Assembly (NCBI RefSeq): GCF_006345805.1
Contig: NC_043006.1
Location: 44,144,001 to 44,208,000 of the forward strand
DNA: 64,000 bases
Direction: 5' to 3'
DNA from: Octopus sinensis
Lineage: Eukaryota
Part shown: positions 53,826-64,000 of the stretch, piece by piece
Layout: each line of letters begins with the position of its first letter
Numbering within the stretch: the stretch's first letter is position 1
Translations under genes and position numbers: made by a program
Notes under the pieces: model-generated
The model's database searches: none
The model's input: only the letters and a program-made list of their open reading frames with translations
Told to the model about the DNA's origin: nothing

Positions 53826-55300
53826 ATGATGATGATGATAATAATTTTGGCACAAGGCCAGCAAGTTTGGAGAAGGGATTAAGTCAATTGCATCGACCCC
53901 AGTGCTCAACTGGTACTTATTTTATTGACCCCGAAAGGATGAAAGGCAAAGTCGACCGTGGCAGAAATTGAACTCAGAAAGTAACGGCAGACAAAATACC
54001 GCAAAGCATTTTGCCTGGCATGCTATAACACTTCTACCAGCTCACCACCTTTTTAATAATACTAATAATTATTTCTACTCTAAGCACAAGGCCTTGGAAA
54101 TTTGGGGGGAAGGGGGCTAGTCAATTATATCGACCCCAGTGCATAACTGGTACTTATTTCATTGACCCCCAAAAGGATGAAAGGCAAAGTCGACCGTGGC
54201 AGAAATTGAACTCAGAAAGTAACGGCAGACAAAATACCGCAAAGCATTTTGCCTGGCATGCTATAACACTTCTACCAGCTCACCACCTTAATTATTTCAA
54301 ATTTTTGCTACACAGGTAGCTTGGGGAATGTGGGGATTTGTCGATTATCTCAACCCCAGTACGTAAATGGCAGAAACGTTAGCATGCTGGGCGAAATGCT
54401 TAGCGGTATTTCGTCTGCCATTTTGCCTTTCATCCTTTCGGGGTTGATTAAATAAGTACCAGTTACGCACTGGTGTCGATATAATCGACTTAATCTGTTT
54501 GTCTGTCCTTGTTTGTCCTCTCTGTGTTTAGCCCCTTGTGGGTAGTAAAGAAATAGGTACTTATTCAATTGACCCTGAAAGAATGAAAGGCAAAATTGAC
54601 CTCAGCAGAATTTGAACTCAGAACATAGCAGCAGGCAACATACTACTAAGCGTTTCACCCAGTGTACTTAACGATTCTGCCAGCTCACCACCTTTTTAAT
54701 AATACTAATAATAACAACAGAAACTGATAGTACTAGAAGATTAAGAACAGAAAAGAAAAAAGGTGAATACAAATATCTAATGAAAAAATTGAGAGGAAAT
54801 GGTAATTTTATCTATGCATCAGCTGTGATCTGCACCTGTGCACCCAACTCAACTCCTTCAACATTCCTGTAGTATGGCAGCAGTCTGTCTGCTGCCAGAC
54901 CCTAAACAAACTTTATATAACAACCAGCAACTGCAGGAACATACCACACACACACACACAGAGTTGCATCACTTTGTTTAGCGACAAGATTAAATAGATT
55001 ATTATATGTTAATTATTTCCATTCTAATAATTATTTATGCTTTAAACTATGTATGAATGAATATGAGATTTTCCTTTTTATTCTTTTAAATGAATTAAGT
55101 TTAACCACAAAAAATTTTAATTATCATAAATCAATTATTGACAGTAATAATAAAGCCACAAAAATGGACACTTAATTTAAGAACATTTCATATTATTAAA
55201 CGGAGTGCAAATATGTAATTCAATAAAAAAAATACTAATGACATTTTTTTCCATATAAAGTGTATGCATTTTTTTATAGAATTAAATATTTTATTTAATG

Positions 55301-55345
<45 letters not shown>

Positions 55346-58151
55346 CACGGGCATGGCTGTGTGGTTAGGGAGCTTGCTTCCTAACTACATGGTTTCGGGA
55401 TCAGTCCCACTGCATGGCACTTTGGGTAGGTGTCTTCTACTATAGCCTCGAGTCGACCGAAGCTTTGTGATTGAATTCGGTAGGCAGAAGTTACTGCTGT
55501 GTGCATATAGCTGCTCAGTGCCTCTCCAAAAGAACGAGAGAGGGGGAATATATACACATATATAAATACATACATATACACACACACACATACATACACA
55601 CTGAATGATGACGGGAATATCAGGGACCTGCCTCCCCTGTCAGTTCATAGCGTCCATCACTTCAGTGTCTGTTCCTAAAGAGGAGATAACCACTCTGAAA
55701 TGCATGCATCCAACTGTCCGGTTAGGGGGCGCTGTGAGCTGACTTAATATGTTTACACCAAAGAGATTTCCTCCATGACAATATACAGTGAATAGCTTTC
55801 TTACAGGTTTGAATATGCCTCAAACATATTTGAATTGGTAATGAGTTTATTCATATACATATATCATCATCATCATCATCTTTTAACATCTGCTTTCCAT
55901 GCTGGTATGGGTTGGATGGTTTGACTGAGGACTGACAAGCCAGGAGGCAGCACCAGGCTCCAATCTGTTCTGACAATGTTTCTACAGCTTGATGCCCTTC
56001 CTAATGCCAACTCTCTGAAAGTGTAGTGGGTGACTTTTACATGCCACTGGCATCAACCACACTCGAATTGTGCTTTTTATGTGCCACTAGCACACGCACA
56101 CACATACATACATATATATATATATGAATGTATGTATGTATGCATGTATATCCAAAAAGGAGTTTAAAGGGATATAAAATCCTGGCAGTTACTATGTTTC
56201 CTCTTAAATCGGTTTTGGAGGTAAAGAAAGCAAGTTTGGAATTCAGTCTCTCTCTCTCTCTCTCTCTGAAAGAAGCCCATCGTATATATGTATATATGTG
56301 TGTGTGTGTGTATATGATTGCGTGTCTCTGTTTGTCCCCCCCCCCCAACATCGCTTGACAACCGATGCTGGTGTGTTTACGTCCCTGTAACTTAGCAGTT
56401 CGGCAAAAGAGACCGATAGAATAAGTACTAGGCTTCCAAAGAATAAGTCCTGGGGTCGATTTGCTCAACTAAAGGCGGTGCTCCAGCATGGCCAGAGTCA
56501 AATGACTGAAACAAGTAAAAGAGTAAACTATTAAAAAAAATTTTGAAAATCGGCAACCTGTACACATAAACATGTGTATACATGTCCACATGCAGACATA
56601 CACATGTAATAAGGTGTTACTGCAGTGTCTCAGCCATAATCAAAACTGAGTGTATAATCACATAGATTACTTAATCTATTGTAATTAAGCAAAGTTCACT
56701 TAGTTTATCAGGAACTTGTGAGAAATAGTGTTTTTTTTATCTCTAATTTATCTTACTTACTATATCACTTTACCTCTCCATCTTTATCTTACCAGTTTTA
56801 ATTCTTTGCTTTCACCCTTACCATAATAACTTCTCTTTAATTATGACTTAGGCCTGAAATTTTGGGGAAGGAGGCCAGTTGATTAGATCGACCCCAGTAT
56901 GCAGAAACGTTAGCACACCGGGCGAAATGCTTAGCGGTATTTCGTCTGCCGTTACGTTGTGAGTTCAAATTCCGCCGAGGTCGACTTTGCCTTTCATCCT
57001 TTCGGGGGTCGATAAATTAAGTACCAGTTACGCAATGGGGTCGATGTAATCGACTTAATACCTATGTCTGTCCTTGTTTGTCCCCTCTGTGTTTAGCCCC
57101 TTGTGGGTAATAAAGAAATAGGTACTTAATTTATCAACCCCGAAAGGATGAAAGACAAAGTCTCACCTCGGTGGAATTTGAAATTAGAACATAAAGACAG
57201 ATGAAATACCACTAAGCATTTCCACCTGGTGTGCTAACATTTCTGCCAGCTCACCACCTTTAATATAACATAAGATTGACACTCCATCTGTTACAACAAT
57301 GAGGGTTCCAGCTGATCTACTCAACAGAACAGCCTGCTCGTGAAATTAATGTGCATGTGGCTGAACACTCCACAGACATGTGCACCCTTAACGTAGTTCT
57401 CAGGGAGATTCAGCATGACACAGAGTGTGACAAGGCTGGCCCTTTGAAATACAGGTACCACTCATTTTTGCCAGCTGAGTGGACTGGAGCAACATGAAAT
57501 AAAGTGTCTTGCTCAAGGAGACAACGTGTCACCAGGAATCGAACTCACAACCTTGTGATTGTGAGCTGAATACCTTAACCACCTAACCACACGCTTTCAT
57601 ACAACATAAGAAATGTAGCAGTGAATCTTCAGGTGTGGTGATGATTATATAATGATATTATAAATGAATTTGGCACAGTGGATACAAAATATCACAGCAC
57701 TTTCTGGTTTTAATAAATGAAGGATATTATAAATATTAAAAAAATAGCAAAGAAAACCATACACGAGTGAGTACACATATATATACACACACACACATAC
57801 ATGCACACTCACACACTGATACCCATGTCAAATTCTTTAATTTAGTAACCATCTCAAAAAAGTTTACTTTTCCCATGAAAAAAAAAACGTATCAGAAATA
57901 AAACAAAATTAAATTAGAATTAAAAAAAAACAACTAAAAAAATTGATCTAAATAAAAGATACAAACAATATCCTTTTTTTCTTTTTTCTCAATAGAATTA
58001 CATTTTCTCTCTTTTTTTTTTCTAGTAGTGTAAATGTGTATTTTGTTTTGTTTTGAGGGTGTCTTTTTTTGTTTTTTTGTTTTTTTTACATTTCTAGTAG
58101 CGTAGCTAAGAAGAATTTAAACAGTAATATAAATTGAACTGATTTACTTAC

Positions 58152-58208
58152 TTCAGTCACATTCATAACTTTAATAGCAGCAAGTTGCCCAGTTTTAGTA
58201 TGGCGACC
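58152..58208 (-). CDS. msn: Coding exon of msn/MAP4K4-type kinase with the catalytic beta3 lysine: GRHTKTGQLAAIKVMNVTE
   Basis: Minus strand reads ttttttgtAG|GGTCGCCATACTAAAACTGGGCAACTTGCTGCTATTAAAGTTATGAATGTGACTGAA|GTAAGT. It is 57 nt, phase 0/0 (MAP4K4: GRHVKTGQLAAIKVMDVTE). The upstream Gly-loop exon was not found, so it probably lies beyond 64000. Confidence 0.95.
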
Positions 58209-60451
58209 CTACAAAAAAATAAAAAAGCGAAAACAACATTGAGTACACATGAGCATCATTTGGCAAATATGTGATTCAAAACAATATGATATTAAAAAAC
58301 ACAAAACATGACAAAAGATGTAGAGACAAAGTTATATAGATAAGAACAAAGAGCCGAGAGAACTCTTTCCACTTTAGAGAATAATTCAATTAAATAAGAG
58401 GAAACAAAAAAAAAAAAATAATTCAAAATGATAATTGTGTGTAGTAACTATGAGACAATATAACTTTATTGCTACTGTTTTGTACTAGGTTACCCAGTAA
58501 CACGCTACAGTGAGGATAAGGTGGAATAATTAAGTATGTGACGCTTTATGACAATGAAAAATGGGCTATACAATAAGAAGAATTGAAATAATTGGTAAAG
58601 CACAAATGAATTGCGCATGATCAGTTGAATGTACAACATGGCCTTGAGAGAAAGGTTCAGCATAGAATTCTAATAAAAAAAAAAAAAAAAAAAAAAGAAG
58701 AAGACTGGACACTTAAAATGTGTTTGCTAGTACAACTGCACTAGTATGCTGTCAAGTGTAAACTGGTGTTAGTACATACTGAATGAAGAAAAGACACAAG
58801 CAAGAAAGCATGTACAAGCAAAGTCTAACTTCATAAAATGTTTATCTAAATTTATTTGCCTCGAGTTATGTCATACTGATGATTCCACCGATGGATGAAA
58901 TAGCACTTTACATGGCTACCAACATCTAGAAACTTTGAGGTCTTTAGAATGTACTCTTTTACTAGCTTCAGTCATTTGACTGTGGCCATGCAAGGTGCCA
59001 CGCAGTGGGACTGAACCCAGAACCATGTGGTTGGGAAGCAAGCTTCTTACCACACAGTCACCAACTGAAACATGCTCTCTCAAAGAATGTTATTGCAAAC
59101 CTATGTAAGTGAACGTGTGAAAAACAAAATAGGAATTATGAATGAAGTATCTATAACACTAGTTATTAAACATGAAACGGATGGGGCAGGTTCGTCAGGA
59201 TAAAATAGTAGTAATCAAAATGGTTCACAGATTGAAAATAGTTGAAAACAATTACTCTACGTAAAAACAGTGAAACGCAATCTCTCAAACTTTTTTCCAA
59301 TATCTACCCAGCCTTCTCTCTTTCTCTCTCTCTCTCACACACACATACATACGTACGTACGTACGTACGTAGCAGCTATGCTCAAAGTTTTAATCATTTA
59401 GAGCACCAAATGAATTGAGGTGGGGTGCCAAATTACGTTAACTCCATGCAGTGTCTTCATTCAACACATTCAACATGACAAATAACTTCCTGCAAGATAA
59501 CAAGACTCTAATAGTCAGACAGCATTCTATCTGAAGCAAAGTGATGTGTTTGAAAAAAAAAAAAAAAAAGAAGAAAACAAGCACAGAATTGAAGAGACAG
59601 CGAAGAGTGAACGAAAACAATGAAAGCGACCATCTGATGACAGAAGAACTGCAAGTGATGATTCTTAACATCACATTGACAGCTGATAACAATGTAGCTC
59701 AGTGGTAAGACTTCAGGCTCCAGTAAGATAGAAGCTTTAAATATTTTATTAGTCACTGACATTCTCTCTCCTCCTCCCTCGCTCTCCCTCTCTCTTATTA
59801 ACCCTCTGTTAAACTTGAGAGCTGATAAAGCTGTACAATGTATTTACTACAATATTAATCTACCCTAATTTCAAATGTTCTAGTCAATGTGTTAACTCTT
59901 TCAAAAATCACAGACACTGCTCATTATATAACCGATAACTCTTCACTGAAATCATTATTTCAAGTAGAAGAGAAATTTGTGAAAAATACCAAAGAAATGT
60001 AAGCCTCATACAAGAACTGGTTGCTAACCAATTCCATTTTATTTAAAATGCTAAACAGCTAATTTTCTACAAATAGTTTAGAAAAGCAGGAAGAGGGACA
60101 ATACTGTTGATTCCATGTACAAAGTGTTGGTGCTGGTGTCACATAAAAAGCACCCATTACACTCTGTAAAGTGGTTGGTTTTAGGAAGAGCATCCAGCTG
60201 TAGTAGAAGGCAAACCAAAACAGACTATGGGATCTGGTGCAGCTCTTGACCCTGTCAGCTGCTCTCAAACCATCTAGCCCATACCAGCATCGATATTAAA
60301 TGATGATGATGATGATGATATTTACTTGTGTATAACTCACACTTCTAAGTTAGTGTTAAATCTTGATACAATGTTTTTTTTTCACTTCATTTTCAAACCT
60401 GATATTAACTTTGTTCCGTGTGTAAGTTGCACCACAAATGTTTTAGGTTAA

Positions 60452-60660
60452 CCCTTTTGATACCAACCAGCCTGAGACCACCCTTAGCCCAATGATACAA
60501 ACTCACTCTTCTAAAGTGATCTAAATCTGCCATCAAAATTTCATAATAATTTACGCCCCATTCTCTAACACTATAACAACAAAGTTATTTTACTAAATTC
60601 ATAATTATTTTTTTAAATAAATTGAAATAAAGACTGTATTACCACAGAAATACAGTAACC
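60452..60660. mobile_element. piggyBac-like MITE
   Basis: Starts TTAA|CCCTTTTGATACC. The body is similar to 38740-38870 and 40408-40590; the far end is degenerate. Confidence 0.6.
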
Positions 60661-61074
60661 TTTTGTTACCGTATAAGACAGTGTGGCTTATAAGTGAGAG
60701 AATAAGTATATAGAGGGAATCTTCTACATAGTAACTTGAATTGATAGAAATAGTATCCAACTCTCCCTCAAATCACACCCTACTGTCTTAAAAAAAGGAA
60801 AGATATATAACTACACCAGGCTTAGATGTCTGCTTTGGCATGGTTTCTACAGCTGGATGCCCTTCCTAACATATCTGGTCAATCGGGGCTGAATGAGGGA
60901 CAATGTAAAAAGGAATCAGAGAATAGTTATATTGTTTAGTTTCTTTTAGCCATCACAGCTAAGGCCATCCTGCAACTGTACCTTCATATACATTTAGATC
61001 AAACTATCAGTAAGTATCTAATGCTGTTCAGATAATCAATATTATGAGTAACTGAAAAAAGATATAATAATAAT

Positions 61075-61443
61075 AAGAGCACTTAGAGAATGCAAACCTT
61101 CACCAAGGCAACACCAACGCCCTCTCAATGATTAGCCAGAGATGATTTTTAAAATGAGAATATATGAAATAAACTTGACTGCTCTCACAAACGAGAATAC
61201 TAGAAATGAACCCAACCACTCTCAAAAATTAAGTAAAAAAAAATACGGAAAAATAACCCAGAATCTTTGTCCAGTACCGGATCAATCCCAAAATCTAATA
61301 AATTCATACCAGTCACGGGGCCAAACATCTCTGAAAGTTTCATCTGAATCCATCCAGCAGTTCGTGAGATATCTTGTCCACAGACAAACAAACAAACAAA
61401 CATGACTGAAAACAATACCTCCGCCTTCGCTAAGGCAGAGGTA
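61075..61443. mobile_element. Non-autonomous element resembling Helentron-associated (HINE/DINE-1-like) repeats
   Basis: Terminal hairpin TACCTCCGCCTTcgctAAGGCAGAGGTA (61416-61443), a related motif CCTTCACCAAGGC near the other end, an internal (AAAC)n tract and (AAT)n flanks. Confidence 0.5.
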
Positions 61444-62269
61444 ATAATAAGTAAGCTTGACACAAAATGTATATAATAATTAGAATAAAATACCTATAAT
61501 CTAAATATCAAATAGTATCAAACTGCCCTCGGTGTGTGTTTGTCTCATAAATATATCCAAGTCAGTAAGTCTGTGAGCAAAGTGATTATTAAAATCTGAA
61601 AGACCAACACAAAAATATAATAGGACTATAATAACTGTAGTAAACCAATCAAAAATGGCTTCACCAGACAGTTCTGAAGGAGACATCAGTGCATAGCTTC
61701 ACTGTGTACATCTATGCAGCAAGAATGATTTCAAATGTATCTGACATGTAAATAGCTTCCAGCGTGTGTGTGTGTGTGTGTGTGTGAAGTTAATATATAT
61801 ATATATACCCACACACACATATATAAGGAAATTAAGTTTGCTACAATCTTATGTTTGAAATGCTTAACTCTTTTGATAACCAACTCACCAGAGACCATTT
61901 CTGGTTCTGCAAGGCAAAACTGCCAATGTTTAAAGTCTTCTTATCTGAATTAAAAGTTTCTTCCATAATCTCATATCAGTACTTTGTTTCAAACATGGCT
62001 TAATTATTTCAAAAATGTTATCCTATTCAATCACTGAAAATTCTAGTTATTCTTAAAATGAATTGAAACACACAAACAACGTATTGTCGTTAGTTATCAT
62101 CAAAAATAAAGAATTATTCTAAAATACTCAATGTGAAGTTACTCTCAAAGTCTCATCTATAAATACAACCAAAGGACAGTGAAAATTCTCTCTTTCTCTC
62201 TCTCACTCACACTCACACACACACACACAATCTTTTTTTTTTCTTTTTTACTTGCTGAATCTTGAAGAT

Positions 62270-62560
62270 AGCTTATCAGTGACTTCATACTCTTATGGGA
62301 TACAGGTTGAGCTATCTGCATGTGCAACAACACCATTTCAAACATGAGGGCACTACTACAATTGTGGGCCTCACATGAACTCTGTAGACTATCCAATAAT
62401 TGTTGAGGGCTGAAGAGAACGACCCATCCCTGGAATATGGTGCTAGCGATGTTAAGGAATATGCTTTCATCAGGAGAGATCCTCTGTGATAGTGGGTGAG
62501 ACCCAACAAGAAGTGATTGTCAGGGATTCTAGTTGCATGCTCTAAGCCTAAAACTTCCAC
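62270..62560 (-). mobile_element. Degenerate CR1/L2-group LINE RT C-terminal fragment
   Basis: Across frameshifts it reads LGL/TITEDLS*/KHILNIAS/FSPQQLL/VYRVHVRPT, resembling the LGxTIxxDLSW..HI....LLxxYKxxVRP consensus. Confidence 0.6.
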
Positions 62561-63280
62561 TGTAATAGTTGATTGGAAGAGAGATGCATATGGAGAACAA
62601 GTATCACTGCAAATGGAAGATTGTCCACAAATTCACAGAAACAGAGGAAAGATAGGACACAGCATTATATGTGAACTACTACTGACTGAACAAAAACACT
62701 GTGTTCAGAAGTAATTTGACATCAAACATCATAAAATACACTAATGCTTTATAGTAACTCTTCCCTGTCCATATTTCTGGTGAAATACACTGCTTGCCTA
62801 TGTGTCTCAATATTAGTTTTGTTTAATCCCTTGCCTGCCATGAGCCTCATTTGGGGATCTGCTAAAAACAGTCTCACTGCCAGTTGTTCGTTGTATTTAA
62901 AGTGAATTGCTTATGTACATTGCATCTGCATAGGTGTGTTTAACAATATTTAGTAGTTAAAGTTTGTCATTATCAGCTCTGGCTAATTCTAGAGGACATT
63001 TTATGTCATAAATCGCAATTTTTGAAAACTACAAAAATATTGACTATTTTGAAAACTTTTTTCTTTTTCTTTTTTGCATTTCCCATCTATATCATTCATT
63101 AATATTTCATACACATTTGCATTTGATATTATAGTTTCAAAAAGACTAAAATGTTTATTACTGCAATTAAATAGAAAAGGATAAATATGCTTTTTTTCAG
63201 CAATCCCCATTTGGAATTTTTGAAAAATTTATCATAATTTCCAAAATAATTCACATATGAAGAAAATTTAAATACTATAA

Positions 63281-63493
63281 ATTCTTTTCTACTCTAGGCA
63301 CAAGGCCAGAAATTTTGGGGAAGGGGGCCAGTCAATTAGATCGACTACAGTATGTAACTGGTACTCAATTTATCGACCCCGAAAAGATAAAAGGCAAAGT
63401 CAACCTCAGCAGAATTTGAACTCAGAACGTAAAGACAGATGAAATACCACTAAGCATTTCGCCCGGCATGCTAATGTTTCTGCCAGCCTGCTG
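63281..63493 (-). mobile_element. tRNA-derived SINE (family C; head GGCGAGCTGGCAGAA..., B box GAGTTCAAATTC)
   Basis: TSD-like TTTAAATACTATA at 63267-63279 and 63497-63509. Other copies at about 22555, 28380, 39225, 53845, 54070, 54310-54690 and 56850-57260. Confidence 0.8.
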
Positions 63494-63719
63494 AATTTTA
63501 AATACTATATATCATTTTAACTCCTAACACACCTGGCCAAAGCCAAAAAATATGAATAAAAAAACTTGGGAGTTAATGGGTTAGCATTTAGTTGTTTTGT
63601 TTCTGTGTTTTGTTTTGTTTTTTTTATATACCTACTAGAATTGGGATAGATAGGACACAAGTATATTTGTGTCCAGTGTGTGTGTGTGTGACTATGTGAG
63701 TTCATTATATACTTGCATG

Positions 63720-64000
63720 TGCATACAAAGTGTCAGACCCTGCATATAAGCACATGTATGTCAATACACATATCTATGAGTATACACAAGGTTGTGTGTG
63801 TGTATGTGTGTGTGCAGTGAGAGTGTGTGTGTGTGCAGTGAGAGTGTGTATGACTATGTGAGTGCACTATATATCTGTGTGTGCATGCAGTGTCAGAACC
63901 GGCATATAACTGCATGTATGTGCATATGTATGTCTATGAGTATACACAAGGTTGTGTGTGTGTGTGTGCAGTGAGAGTGTGTGTGGTGTGTGCAGTGAGA
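63720..64000. repeat. Minisatellite: ~160-bp duplicated unit with (TG)n and CAGTGAGAG subunits
   Basis: tatgagtatacacaaggttgtgtgtg...gcagtgagag occurs twice and runs off the window end. Confidence 0.7.

Noticed and set aside
58209-64000. Upstream kinase exon (DPAGIF...GTYGQVYK)
   Set aside because: Not found on the minus strand here; it presumably lies beyond the window.

Overview
AT-rich, microsatellite- and SINE-dense eukaryotic DNA. The repeat families look like those of a coleoid cephalopod, probably Octopus (inference from recalled repeat families, not a database search). The window lies inside a minus-strand misshapen/MAP4K4/TNIK-type Ste20 kinase gene. Three phase-0 coding exons are visible (58208-58152, 10825-10781, 1030-950), separated by introns of 47.3 kb and 9.75 kb. 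The introns carry many tRNA-derived SINEs, piggyBac-like and hAT MITEs, decayed hAT and Helitron coding remnants, RTE, CR1/L2 and R4/Dong LINE fragments, a Penelope-like terminal repeat with a hammerhead-like motif, a 1.5-kb foldback element and a 529-bp tandem duplication. The standout is a very young, GC-rich 4,240-bp Ty3/Gypsy-order LTR retrotransposon (32158-36397, AGAAG TSD, LTRs identical except one 6-bp unit). It has a textbook -1 frameshift signal (G GGA AAC plus an H-type pseudoknot). Its primer-binding site is not complementary to a tRNA 3' CCA end but matches 12/12 the reverse complement of nucleotides 1-12 of metazoan tRNA-Phe(GAA), suggesting an unusual 5'-tRNA-fragment priming mechanism. 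Most short ORFs in the track are microsatellite or antisense artefacts.
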